Shown here: positions 36,839 through 49,880 of the stretch, piece by piece | Layout: each line of letters opens with the position of its first letter | Numbering within the stretch: position 1 is the first letter of the stretch | Program-made: the position numbers and the translations under genes | The notes under the pieces: model-generated | What the model saw: only the letters and a program-made list of their open reading frames with translations | The model's database searches: none | Told to the model about the DNA's origin: nothing | NCBI GenBank assembly: GCA_051294375.1 | Contig: CM119269.1 | Coordinates: 17,408,265-17,472,264, forward strand | Source: Paraspadella gotoi | Lineage: Eukaryota > Animalia > Chaetognatha | Direction: 5' to 3' | DNA: 64,000 nt

Positions 36839-38235
36839 CCTCTCCACGAATGCTCTTTTGTCATGGCTAGTCCGGTATATCTCGCGTTAATCAGAGAAAA
36901 AACGAAAGAAAAACAAACGAAAGAAAAAACTACAAAAAGTCGGCGCTAATCCGACGATCAATCAGCGTCCGCCCTGAAGCGGGACCAATCTCCTTCGACT
37001 TCCGGGCTTACGAAGGCTCACTTTTTTTTGCGCGCGCTCAATGTTCGGTTCTTTTTCGTTTCTTTTTTTTGTTCAGACCGATCGTTTGGAGAAGAATTAC
37101 AGTCGCAATTTGCAGTCTGAGAAATCTCATGACCGAAGAAAGGGGAGAGAGGCTCGAGTAGTCTCTCCCCCGCCAGCTCCACCCAACGCCTCGCCATCTT
37201 GTTATGGAGCATTCGTGGCGAGGCGGACCGATGACAATCCAAAATTCCGAATGGGTTACAGATTCTTTATCGGTCCGCCTCGTCACGAGACCCGCCTTCC
37301 GCCCCCTTTTTTTCCCCTCTCCTCAACTCCTGGGCCACGCATCAGCAGCCCCCATGGCGACTCCACCTTCTCCATCATTTCTGACAGCTGGCGAGGATCC
37401 ACCAGGGAGCAGTACGCTCGCGCTTGGGACTTTGTAGAGGACGTTCTTGACTATTTGGGCTAACTCTGCGACTGTGGCCTTTCTTACAGCATGATCAATA
37501 TTCATCGATCGGCCATTTCATCTATTCTGTTTGCTCAAGGGAGTTTTTGAGAGGCGCCTTCCTTATCGTCGACTCTTCCCGCCGTGGAATGCAGCATCTG
37601 TTTTGCAGATTCTCGACTCGTCACCTCTTCCAGCATCTCCCAGGGATCTCCTTTGCCGATCAGTCTTCCTCAGCGCCCTTCAAAGCTTCTCTCTTTGCTG
37701 CAACGCCGGGCATCTTTCGCTGGCTCCGGATCACGTGCGTTTTGTTCCTTCGAAGCTCTCCAAGACTGATAGGGTGGGGCATAAGGGCCCGGCCTTTCGC
37801 TTGGATGCCCTTCCAGATTTTTCAAGATGCCCAGTGGAAGCCTTACGGAGTTGGCTGGCAGCCTGTCTTCAGGTAGTTCTCCGCCTCTCGCCCTCTCTCC
37901 CTTTCTTCGGTCATGAGATTTCTCAGCTGCAAATTGCGACTGTAATTCTTCTCCAAACGATCGGTCTGACAACAAAAAAGAAACGAAAAAGAACCAAACA
38001 TTGAGCGCGCGCAAAAAAAAGTGAGCTTCGTAAGCCCGGAAGTCGAAGGAGATTGGTCGCGCGAGTATTAGCGCCGACTTTTGTAGTTTTTTCTTTCGTT
38101 TCTTTTTCTTTTCATTTTTTTTCTCCCTGATCAAGCGCCGCTGAACATCGTCCCGTATTACCTGACTAGCCGTGACAAAAGAGCATTCGTGGGGAGGTGG
38201 ACCGATGAAGAATCTATTCCGTTCGGAGTTTTGTA
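36839..38235 (+). mobile_element. Degenerate DIRS-like tyrosine-recombinase retrotransposon relic
   Basis: About 300-bp inverted terminal repeats (36839-37150 vs 37890-38197). YR-like fragments SWRGSTREQYARAW, LKGVFERR...PPWNAASVL and RCPVEALRSWL. An internal segment at 37241-37288 is complementary to the right-end extension. Confidence 0.75.
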
Positions 38236-38349
38236 TTTTTAAAAAATTTAAAAATGATAAGTTTGGCATAAATTTTATTAAAATTGGGCCAATCCGTTCA
38301 GGAGCAGTGATTTTTTTATTGTGAAAAAATCTTAGATTTAAGACTTACC

Positions 38350-38870
38350 TTTTTATCGTTGCAATCGCTTTGCGTTTGCGATCTTGTAACGCTTTTGCAC
38401 ATAAGTGGCGTAGTCGTCGTCGGCGTTCCAATTTATAGATCGCCATTTTGATGATTAAATTTGGGTGTATGAAGCTGAAAATTTATATACAGCTTCTCAT
38501 CATCGAGGTCCTTGAAATGGGGTGAGGACAGTTATTAAATATGTTTTGTTTATGTTTTATGTTTATGTTTTATGCTCTAGTTTAATTTTTATGTCTTCTT
38601 CTCTCTCTCTTTTCTCTTTTAATTATATGTATCTCTCTTTTCCCCAGTCGTGATTCATCGAAAAAAAAAAAGATTCTGCAGCTGCTTTTGCTGATTCGTA
38701 AACGATTTGGGCTCGACGGGGGCTTTCTTTCTTTTTCTCTCTTTTCTCTCTTTTCTACTGCTTTCTGCTGCTGCCTTTTGATTTTTTAATTTTTTTCTGG
38801 CTGCCTCTGCTACTGCCGCTGCTGAACACGATTTGGCTTCTCTCTCTCTCTTTCTCTCTTTTTTTTATTT
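38350..38870 (+). mobile_element. HINE/Helentron-like repeat family A, truncated copy
   Basis: Starts TTTTTATCGTTGCAATCGC; homologous to 44590-45180 and 60091-60973. Confidence 0.6.
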
Positions 38871-39371
38871 TTCTCCTTATCAGAGCTCAATCAGCATAAG
38901 ATTAACATCCTTAACAGTTAATCACTAATAGTGCTAAATTGTGTTTAATAAGGTCTAAGCACAATATAATAGAGATCTATAAATAGTGTTTATTGTTTAA
39001 TTATGTCTCCATTTCTCTACTTCAGGCAAAGCTAACTAGCTATACATATATTAAGACAGTTTACATAGTAAGCGAGCATTCTTCACCGATGCCAGGTCAA
39101 GTCAACATTCCGTCAAGATATTAATGAAGTGTTTAAATGTTTACACTGAACCTCTTGGCTCTGGGTAAAAAATTAGCATACTGTGTGCCAGATCTGGCAT
39201 AATTTCAGACCGTTTAGCCAGTAAAAAAATGATCTGGCATATAGCACACAATCTGGCATATTCAAAATGTGAAAAAATTTTAGGTTTTTCGATCTACAGC
39301 ATTGGTCAGAGTATGGAAAACACTTCCTCTGGCAATGTAAATCTGTATTAAATATGCTATTTACTTATTAC

Positions 39372-39402
<31 letters not shown>

Positions 39403-42400
39403 TTATTATTACTTATTATTACTTATTACTTATTTACTTATTTTATTATTTATTTCTTTGATAACAATCATGTTAATTCCCATTACAATTATTTGAGACC
39501 AGGAACGGATTGTTAGCATTTATACAATAAAGCCAGAGTATTTGGTTAATACCAAATTTCCTCTGAGATGCTTGTGTAGTTCTGTAAAACTAGTAATAGC
39601 ATGTTAAAGCAATTTTACAAGTGCAAAATACTATGGCGTCAGTTGGTTAGTCGGTTTGGAAATTACTGCTACAGGACTTGACTGGTTATAGGTCTCATCG
39701 CTTAAGCATTAAGCAATTTACAAAAAGTCATTTTTTTCGTCTTATTTTGTTTTTATCTATTCTCAATAATTTTTCATAGACTCTAATAATAATCATTTCT
39801 TTTTACTCTTGTAACAGTTTTGCATTAAATTAGCTAAAAGATAATGTGGCATAATATTTAGCATAGTAAAAAAAATCTAGTCATTTTTAGCATAATTTAG
39901 GGCGCTATCTGGCATACGTTTTTTCTGCAGAGTTTTAACCAGAGCCTCTTAGTACCTAGTTATATGTTTATATTATCTTAGGCAAACATACCCTCTTAAT
40001 AGCGGTTTTATTTATTTATTAATACCGTGAGCGCGCAGACGATGATTTGCCGTCCTCTGTTAACCAATCGACGAGCCTCTCGTTTCGCACGCTGACGATA
40101 GGCGAGGGTTTTTCCGCCTTGAAATCTAAGTCGACAACTTGGAACTTCTTTCGCCAATTCCACATGCGACGGTCGCCGATCACCGGCACCACCCTGACGC
40201 CAATAAATAACGTCACATGGTCAACGAAGCTTAAACGTTAACGCTCATAGCCTCTCCTCTGCTAACGACTCGCCTCAATAGCCAATCGCCCGTCAGCTGC
40301 TGACTATCGAGGCGGAGGCGTGGTCATGTGATCGATGGGCATTTCGTCCAAGAATTCCAACGTTTTAAGCCCGTAGACAGAGACGGAAGAAGAGGAGGCG
40401 CGCGTGGCGTAGATAGCGATGCGCCCATTATCGAAGTCCACGTCGAAGGCGGCGGCGTCCTCGTCGGCGGCGACGGATACTCGACGGGCGCGTCCCGAGC
40501 GCACATTTGATCGAGCGCGGAGAGATTGGCGTCGACGCGGAGGACAGCAGCTCGATCTTATGGTGAAATTGGAATGAAATAGTATATCAGAAGAGATGAG
40601 CACTCTCGGGCAAGAACAGGTCCCGTTAAAAAACTCGCCACCAAAATTCACTTCAGCCCGTCAACATTTTCTTCCGCCAACCTTCTCCGCGGTAGAGTAC
40701 ATTTTTGGCAACATTTCCCGAAATTCCCTGTCAAGTTCGGCCCTTCGCGTTTTTTTAAATCTTCCATCTTCCGCTCCCACAGCGCCGCGAGCCTCGGACG
40801 AGGCTGAGCCATCGGTGACAAACTCTCTCGCAGCGAAGGAGATCCGTCACTTCGATCCCGGAGAAAACGAGAATCAGAAGTTCCGGGGGTAGGAGAAGGA
40901 CATCCATTGATGTCCTTGTTGGACTGGTTAGCCTATTAGCTCATCACATCCAATTACACTCCTGTGCAAAAAAAAGCGCCACTTTATTAGAGATAAAGAT
41001 ATTTAAAAAAATTATTTTTCTTATATAATCAATGTGTCTAAATTTTATTACAATCGGTCAAGTGGTTTAGGAGATATGATTTTTTAAATAAGTGTTCAAA
41101 AATCAAATGGGAAAATCGACTTTTATCCAAAAGATTCAGAATCATGGACCTGTCTATCATCGTAAGATTAAGATTATTATTTAGGGATCTGGAGCAATCC
41201 TATAATCCAGCTATCCCTCCAGATGTCCAGTGTAATTTTTTTTTAAATTTTTAATCTACTACATGGAATGCAAAGTATCAAAAAAAATCTTAAAGCATAA
41301 GGATCGTTGCAATCACATAAGAAAAATCTGGATTGACGACAAATTTTGATACTAAAAAAATTCAAATTTGAGAAAAAATAAAATTTATAACAGAAAGAAA
41401 AAGAAGAAAAGAATAAATATAAAGAAAGAATAGAAAGGAAAGAAAGAATAATAAGGAAAAAAGAATAATAAGGAAAGAATGAATAGAAAGGAAAGAAAGA
41501 AAAATAAAAAATAAAGAGTGACGAGAAGAAAGAACGAAATAAAAACCCGATGTTTCGATAGCAAAAGATAACATGCACAAATGCGATGCCTAATATTACA
41601 GGTTCAATCCTAATTCAATTTTTTTTAAATAAAAACGGCAGAGGAAGAAGCCCAATCGTTTTCGGACGAATCAGCAGAAGCAGCAGCAGGAGAAAACTTT
41701 TTCATTGTCAAATAAACTGATCAGCAGACTATNNNNNNNNNNNNNNNNNNNNNNNNNTCTGCGTTTTTATTTAAAAAAAATTGAATTAGGATTGAACCTG
41801 TAATATTAGGCATCGCATTTGTGCATGTTATCATTTTGCTATCGAAACATCGGGTTTTTATTTCGTTCTTTCTTCTCGTCACTCTTTATTTTTTATTTTT
41901 CTTTCTTTCCTTTCTATTCATTCTTTCCTTATTATTCTTTTTTTCCTTATTATTCTTTCTTTCCTTTCTATTCTTTTCTTTATATTTATTTCTTTTCTTC
42001 TTTTTCTTTCTGTTTATAAATTTTATTTTTTCTCAAATTTGAATTTTTTTAGTATCAAAATTTGTCGTCAATCCAGATTTTTCTTATGTGATTGCAACGA
42101 TCCTTATGCTTTAAGATTTTTTTTTGATACTTTGCATTCCATGTAGTAGATTAAAAATTTAAAAAAAATTACACTGGACATCTGGAGGGATAGCTGGATT
42201 ATAGGATTGCTCCAGATCCCTAAATAATAATCTTAATCTTACGATGATAGACAGGTCCATGATTCTGAATCTTTTGGATAAAAGTCGATTTTCCCATTTG
42301 ATTTTTGAACACTTTAGTTTAAAAAATCATATCTCCTAAACCACTTGACCGATTGTAATAAAATTTAGACACATTGATTATATAAGAAAAATAATTTTTT

Positions 42401-44006
42401 TAAATATCTTTATCTCTAATAAAGTGGCGCTTTTTTTTGCACAGGAGTGTAATTGGATGTGATGAGCTAATAGGCTAACCAGTCCAACAAGGACATCAAT
42501 GGATGTCCTTCTCCTACCCCCGGAACTTCTGATTCTCGTTTTCTCCGGGATCGAAGTGACGGATCTCCTTCGCTGCGAGAGAGTTTGTCACCGATGGCTC
42601 AGCCTCGTCCGAGGCTCGGCGGCGCTGTGGGAGCGGAAGATGGAAGATTTAAAAAAACGCGAAGGGCCGAGACTTGACAGGGAATTTCGGGAAATGTTGC
42701 CAAAAATGTACTCTACCGCGGAGAAGGTTGGCGGAAGAAATGTTGACGGGCTGAAGTGAATTTTGGTGCGAGTTTTTTTACGGGACCTGTTCTTGCCCGA
42801 GAGTGCTCATCTCTTCTGATATACTATTTCATTCCAATTTCACCATAAGATCCGAGCTGCTGTCCTCCGCGTCGACGCCAATCTCTCCGCGCTCGATTCA
42901 AATGTGCGCTCGGGACGCGCCCGTCGAGTATCCGTCGCCGCCGACGAGGACGCCGCCGCCTTCGACGTGGACTTCGATCATGGGCGCATCGCTATCTACG
43001 CCACGCGCGCCTCCTCTTCTTCCGTCTCTGTCTACGGGCTTAAAACGTTGGAATTCTTGGACGAAATGCCCATCGATCACATGACCCACGCCTCCGCCTC
43101 GATAGTCAAGCTGACGGGCGATTGGCTATTGAGGCGAGTCGTTAGCAGAGGAGAGGCTATGAGCGTTAACGTTTAAGCTTCGTTGACCATGTGACGTTAT
43201 TTATTGGCGTCAGGGTGGTGCCGGTGATCGGCGACCGTCGCATGTGGAATTGGCGAAAGAAGTTCCAAGTTGTCGACTTAGATTTCAAGGCGGAAAAACC
43301 CTCGCCTATCGTCAGCGTGCGAAACGAGAGGCTCGTCGATTTGGTTAACAGAAGACGGCAAATCATCGTCTGGCGGCTCACGGTATTAATAGAATAAATA
43401 AAACCGCTATTAAGAGGGTATGTTTGCCTAAGATAATATAAACATATAACTAGGTACTAAGAGGCTCTGGTTAAAACTCTGCAGAAAAAACGTATGCCAG
43501 ATAGCGCCCTAAATTATGCTAAAAATGACTAGATTTTTTTTTACTATGCTAAATATTATGCCACATTATCTTTTAGCTAATTTAATGCAAAACTGTTACA
43601 AGAGTAAAAAGAAATGATTATTATTAGAGTCTATGAAAAATTATTGAGATAGATAAAAACAAAATAAGACGAAAAAAATGACTTTTTGTAAATTGCTTAA
43701 TGCTTAAGCGATGAGACCTATAACCAGTCAAGTCCTGTAGCAGTAATTTCCAAACCGACTAACCAACTGACGCCATAGTATTTTGCACTTGTAAAATTGC
43801 TTTAACATGCTATTACTAGTTTTACAGAACTACACAAGCATCTCAGAGGAAATTTGGTATTAACCAAATACTCTGGCTTTATTGTATAAATGCTAACAAT
43901 CCGTTCCTGGTCTCAAATAATTGTAATGGGAATTAACATGATTGTTATCAAAGAAATAAATAATAAAATAAGTAAATAAGTAATAAGTAATAATAAGTAA
44001 TAATAA

Positions 44007-44040
<34 letters not shown>

Positions 44041-44544
44041 GTAATAAGTAAATAGCATATTTAATACAGATTTACATTGCCAGAGGAAGTGTTTTCCATA
44101 CTCTGACCAATGCTGTAGATCGAAAAACCTAAAATTTTTTTCACATTTTGAATATGCCAGATTGTGTGCTATATGCCAGATCATTTTTTTACTGGCTAAA
44201 CGGTCTGAAATTATGCCAGATCTGGCACACAGTATGCTAATTTTTTACCCAGAGCCAAGAGGTTCAGTGTAAACAGTTAAACACTTCATTAATATCTTGA
44301 CGGAATGTTGACTTGACCTGGCATCGGTGAAGAATGCTCGCTTACTATGTAAACTGTCTTTAATATATGTATAGCTAGTTAGCTTTGCCTGAAGTAGAGA
44401 AATGGAGACATAATTAAACAATAAACACTATTTATAGATCTCTATTATATTGTGCTTAGACCTTATTAAACACAATTTAGCACTATTAGTGATTAACTGT
44501 TAAGGATGTTAATCTTATGCTGATTGAGCTCTGATAAGGAGAAA
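38870..44544. repeat. Large inverted duplication (arms about 38870-41642 and 41758-44544) flanking an N gap at 41733-41757
   Basis: The left arm is the reverse complement of the right arm, including F-box exons and the TTA/TAA microsatellite, with scattered 1-bp indels. Confidence 0.93.
40025..40908 (-). pseudogene. Frameshifted inverted copy of the 5' three exons of the F-box gene (possibly an assembly artefact)
   Basis: Reverse complement of 42499-43385 with multiple single-base deletions and no downstream exons. Confidence 0.6.
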
Positions 44545-46955
44545 TGGACTCTAACAAGAGTGCGTCCCCAAAAACATTATTTTTTTATCTCATAACGCTT
44601 TTGCGCATAAGTGGCGAAGGCGTCGTCGGCGTTCCAACTTATTGATCGCCTTTTTGATGATTAAATTTGGGTGTATGAAGCTGAAAATTTATATACAGCT
44701 TCTCATCATCAAGGTCCTTGAAATAGGGTGAGGACAGTTATTAAATATGTTTTGTTTATGTTTTATGCTCTAGTTTAATTTTTATATCTCCTTCTCTCTC
44801 TTCTCTCTCTTCTCTTTTAATTATATGTAGCTCTCTCTCTTTTCACCAGTCATCGGAAAAAAACGAGTCTGCAGCTGCTTCTGCTGATTCGAAAACGATT
44901 TGGGCTCTGCAGGGTCTTTTTCTTTTTCTCTCTTTTCTCCTGTTGCTTTCGCTGCTGATTTTTTTATTTTTTTCTGGCTGCCTCTGCTGCTGCTGCTGAT
45001 TCGTGAAAACGATTTGGCTTCTCTCTCTCTCTCTCTCTTTCTTTCTCTTTTTTTTTTCTCAGGGGCTGCGTCTCCTGATCAGTTTATTTGACAATGAAAA
45101 AGTTTTCTCCTGCTGCTTCTGCTGATTTGTCCGAAAACGAATTGGCTTCTCTCTCTTTCTCTTTCTCTCTCTGCATTTTTACTATAAACAAGTTTGAGCA
45201 AACAATGTCGGAGCTGTACACGATCATTTTCGGTAATTAATTAGTAATTAAATAATTCAAATTAATTAATTATGAAATTACTTTATTAATTTGATCCCAA
45301 ATGTTTGTTTGTTCTGACAAAAGCAATTACGACGATGAGAATAATGCCAATAACGATTGATTAGATTGATTGACTGATTAATTAATTGACTAATTGATTA
45401 ATTAACTGATTATTTGATTTATTAATACATCCTGCATTTACATTTAATATAAAAGGAAAAAAAAGCATAATCAATAAGTGAAACAGTTTTTTTGTTTTTT
45501 CCATTTAAACTCATTTCAACTCGGACGATTCCATCGAAACTTCATGTCCAGCTCAATCACACACTACCCTACCCATACACAAAATTTTTTTTTTTTTTGC
45601 ATAATTTATCATAATTCGATGTTCTAACATAATATAAGTGAATGCCCGACAAGATTGAGTGGGCGGACCGACGGACCGATAAAGTGAATTATAGAGTCGG
45701 GATCTACTGAAACCAGATCCGACTAAAAACTTTTGAGGTCGAGTATGGAATTTAATTCTATCCAATTAAATATTTTTTGTGTTTTCAGCCTATTTTACAA
45801 GAGGGCTCTAGAAAGAAGGGAGCTTTTTGTAAGACAAAGGAAGATTCAAAATAAACTTTATCTGCACCCACTAGATCTTCACTTGCACCTGCTTTTCAAC
45901 AATATAGCAATTTTTTTTTTAAATTTTTATTATCTTAAATCTTCTAAATTTTTTTTTTTTTAAATTTTTTTTAACAAGTATTTTTTTCTTATTCTATTTT
46001 ATTTTATTCTATTTTATTCTATTTCCTATTCTCTCTTGGTTGAAGCATTTTCATCATATATCGAAACAAAAATAATATTGTTTTAATTTATAAGATATTT
46101 TTGCAAGTACCGAAATGCTGTTAGTGCCACAGTAACAGTTCAGTTTAAGCTCTTGAAAGTGATTTACATGTATTGGCGCTGCAACTGGTTACATATACAT
46201 TTACAAACTCGTCCCCCTTGTTCAAGCTCACTCTTTGTACTAGGGCGACGACACACCCGCTTCACCCCAATTTGTCTTTGAAGTCGACTCGGACGAGAAC
46301 CTTTGGAAGGACGTGACCCACGGTGACTTCAAAGTATTCGGCCTTGAGAGTCGCCGTTCCACGCCCACATTGATGCTGCGCGGTTTTTGTCTCGTTTCGG
46401 GCTACGAGTTCGTTCGTCTGGAACTTGTCGTCGACGATCTGCGCGCCCGTTTCCACCTCCGCTACCCTTTCGTTGTCCGTCACGACGCCGAGGAGACGGG
46501 CGTCGGTCGACTAGACGTGGCGGGAGCGCTGTTCGTGCGAGCGGTGGGGCCGAGGCCCTTAACGCTTGTTTCCGGGGACAGGTGGGGTGCGGTGTGTGAC
46601 ATGCAATGCTTTTTGTTCTTCATTCTGAGATTTTTGTTCTACATTCAGGCCTCAGGATGGCCGCCGCATTTTGATCGGTCCCGATCGTCGTCTCCTCGCC
46701 TCCTTTTCCGTCTTCCATCCCGAGCTGCTCACTCTTTTTCAGTTCCCACTCGGAATGAATCCAATCGCAACCGACGATTATTTCGTCGTCGCCGTAGAAA
46801 CCTTCTCCAAGCGTCTCGTCGTATATGACTTTCTAGATTTAGAGGCCGAAACGACCGTCGAGTCTGTACCTCGGAAGAACACCTGGGCGGAACTGTTGAC
46901 TCGCGTAAAGGCACAGTCTCACGCAGTGTCGAAAGATCCATTTAAATTATTTTAA
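42499..46955 (+). CDS. F-box protein with beta-rich C-terminal region, 5 exons
   Basis: F-box [15 protein letters not shown]...[14 protein letters not shown]...LW. In-frame exons 42499-42726, 42850-43133, 43214-43382, 46244-46581 and 46649-46955. Confidence 0.75.
44590..45180 (+). mobile_element. Repeat family A partial copy (F-box intron)
   Basis: Homologous to 38385-38870 and 60120-60520. Confidence 0.65.
45187..45729 (-). mobile_element. HINE-like repeat family C
   Basis: Homologous to 58492-59192, with a terminal hairpin GTCGGGATCT...AGATCCGAC next to an A/T run. Confidence 0.6.
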
Positions 46956-47096
46956 AAAAAAGAAAACGGTGCTAATTTGTCGGTTTGTTTTAATAATTAT
47001 CGAATCGTCGATAATTCGATACTCAAAACACAGCCTTACACTGTTGTTTTTTATTTTTACAACTAGAGACCATATCTTGTTTTTTGTTACTTTGAC

Positions 47097-47490
47097 TGGC
47101 AACAATGTGGCTGTCTCTGTCGGCGGATCAAACAGGCACTTCGAGTTGAACGTCTTTAAGCCGCAGATGTCGGCTAACATCCTGCACTCTATCAGATTGA
47201 TTGGTTAGAGAATTACGCGTTCCTGCGATTGCGACTTTTATTTTTTTGCAGCGGATAGTTGCTGATTTTTTACCAAAAACTATGTGGTGGGAATTGTCGC
47301 CAACAAAGAAAACATAGAATCCTAAACGAATCCTTGATGCAGGTGACAGTGAATCCTCACATTGGATACGACAATGTGGCCGCCATTGTCAAAAACGGCT
47401 ATCATAAAGAACTTGCGCTTGAGTTGGGTCACCTCACTATGGAACAGTTTAAAAGTGGGTCAGGCCTGAAGATATGCTCAGCCCGAGATA
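47097..47490 (+). pseudogene. Degenerate duplicate of the fumarase 3' end, including its last intron
   Basis: [24 protein letters not shown], the intron and NPHIGYDN match 54763-55195, with indels. Confidence 0.88.
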
Positions 47491-48087
47491 AAAAAATTTT
47501 CTTCTCAATTATGGCGTGGATATCTAACGGGGGGCATCTTATATTATTATTTATTGTTGACCTTATGGTTAGTGGTAGAATGCTCGCATTGTTCTTTTTG
47601 CTGTTCTACTTGATAATGTTTATGAATTAATATAAAGAGAAGCAACAATGGTCAATTACATCACTTATTGTATTATCAACTTAACATTATTATTATTATT
47701 ATACAAGATACATAATGGTTATTATATTATAAGTGGTAAGCTAAGAAAAGGGCATAGTGGTTCAAACCGACCCTGAAATCCTAGCTGACCAATAGCCAGG
47801 CCCCCGACAACAACAATCCCCCATCAAACATGAGCCAGTCTCCCAGAACAAGAAAAATACCTCCACCCACAAAGCGACAACACCACCATGAAATACTTGA
47901 ACAACAATTGGAAAACCAAAACATTACCAAAACCTATCAAAACCATTGCCAAAACCGCAAAATAAGACCATCATGAAAACTGCATCAAAAGATATGAGAA
48001 ACGGTCCAAACTACCACAATATGTAAATGAGATTGAAGAACTCAATCTCATTTGAAATGAACCACAAATTATTCTGCTACAGATAGT

Positions 48088-49302
48088 TTTTTTTTATCTC
48101 ACCTGTCTTGGCGATATAATAGTTTAGAATTGCTTCTTCATAATCTTCTTTGCTGTCACGTTTTTTTACAATTGGCAATATCTTTTAGATTCTCACATTT
48201 CATATTGCTTCATATATTTGTTTGTTTTATTTACAAAACAATTTTATATAAAAACTATTACGAATTATATTTTAATTATATGTCGCTCTCTCTCTCGTTT
48301 TCTTCGTTGCTGCCTCTCCTGATTCGTCTAAAAACGAGTTCAGCTCTGCAGCGGTTGTCCAGCTTCTTTCTATCTCTCTTTTACTCTTTCTCTCTCTTTT
48401 TTTCTCTCTCTTTTTCTCTTTCTCTCTCACTATACACGCATTTGTTTTATATACGATGATTATCAGTGCATCAATGAATGACTATCATCGCATCAATTAT
48501 TGCCCGATATTGGTTATCGTATCAATATTTGGTTATCATCGCATCAATAATTGGTTATCGCATAAATCAATTATTATTATATCATTAACGCAATTCTTTT
48601 CAGACCCGAGGGAGTTATAATAGCAATTTTTTGAACCTAAAAGAGGTGCTATGCTTTTAGTATTTCCAAATTAAAAAAAAATTAAAGAAATAATTAACTC
48701 TAAAAACAAATAAATATTAAAAATGGTGGGAAACTAAATATGATTTTTTTCGCTATTTTTTATTTGAAGTGGCGATCTTTTTTGCTTGTAACTTCTAAAC
48801 GATTTGAACTACGAAAAAATGGAAGGAAGCTACTGAAAGGATGTTCAACGTAGATTCGGAAATATTTTGATTTTTTTAAAATCAAATAAGTTTTTGGGTA
48901 GATATCCCTACTATAAATGTGATATACTTTTTTCCTAGAAGCTTATTTATTCATTTAATTTATTTTATTCAATTTATTTCATTCAACTCATTTCATTAAA
49001 TTGATTTTATTCAATTCATTTCATTTTGTTTTATTTATTCCTTGTATTTTTTAAACGTTTTGCCATCAATGATTCCTTATCATCACATCAATTATAGGTT
49101 ATCTTCGCATGAATAATTGGTTATCTTCGCATCAATAATTGGTTATCATCGCATCAATAATTCATTATTATTATATCAATAATCAATTACTATCACATGA
49201 ATAATTCGTTATCGCATCAAGCATTCGTTTTTTTCACCAAATTTTTTTAATTAATTTTCTTATATAGTAACGTTTGGCGAGATCATTATACTTTAAGATT
49301 TT
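48088..49302 (+). mobile_element. HINE-like repeat family B copy
   Basis: 5' TTTTTATCTC(A/G)CC and 3' GGCGAGATCA..TATACTTTAAGATTTTT. Related copies at 55224-55985, 62944-63179 and about 60020-60090. Confidence 0.55.
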
Positions 49303-49473
49303 TATATATAAATATTATTTAGAATTTTCTTTACGCCTTTTTTCTTTGTTCAAAAAATTAAAGTCGGACCATCATGTCTTTTCAACAAATAATTCTACCT
49401 GTCACAAGAAGCGACATTGGAGAAGCGAACACCCGCGTTTTTACACTTTCCGGGACACGTCAGGTCCTAAAAA

Positions 49474-49880
49474 TTAACTGAAGTATTGTTCTAGTTTAAA
49501 TGCTAACCTCCTCAACACCTTCCATCTTCTCATAGACGCTCTCGGATTTGCGTATATCTCTGCCACGGAGAATCGCTCCAGTAGAAGTTCGCGATAATAG
49601 GTCACTCTCTCTTTGTTCCAGCTGACCCAGTTTTTTTCAAGACCCCCCTCCTTCCACTCTTCAGTATTTTCCGTCCGCCTCTCCGTCATCGCGAGGAGCT
49701 TCTCGCGCCGCGTCTCAGAACCTTCGTCTTCGCCGACAACCCCGAGGCGGAACTCATCCGCGGGGGCGAATTCCCGGGGATGCACGATGACGACGGAGAG
49801 GGTTTCGACGAGTTCGTGGGATGGATGTTCGTGTTTGTGGAGATGGATAATGGCGTGTAATGATTGACGAATGTAGTCCA
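49474..49880 (-). CDS. Orphan coding-like exon on the minus strand (gene fragment or 3' exon)
   Basis: GC-rich open frame of about 135 codons (LDYIRQSLHAIIHLH...EKNWVSWNKERVTYYRELLL...). I found no ATG start and recognised no domain. Confidence 0.35.

Noticed and set aside
39360-39450. (TTA)n tract as a telomere-like repeat
   Set aside because: A simple AT-rich microsatellite without G-rich telomeric units, mirrored at about 43960-44050 by the inverted duplication.
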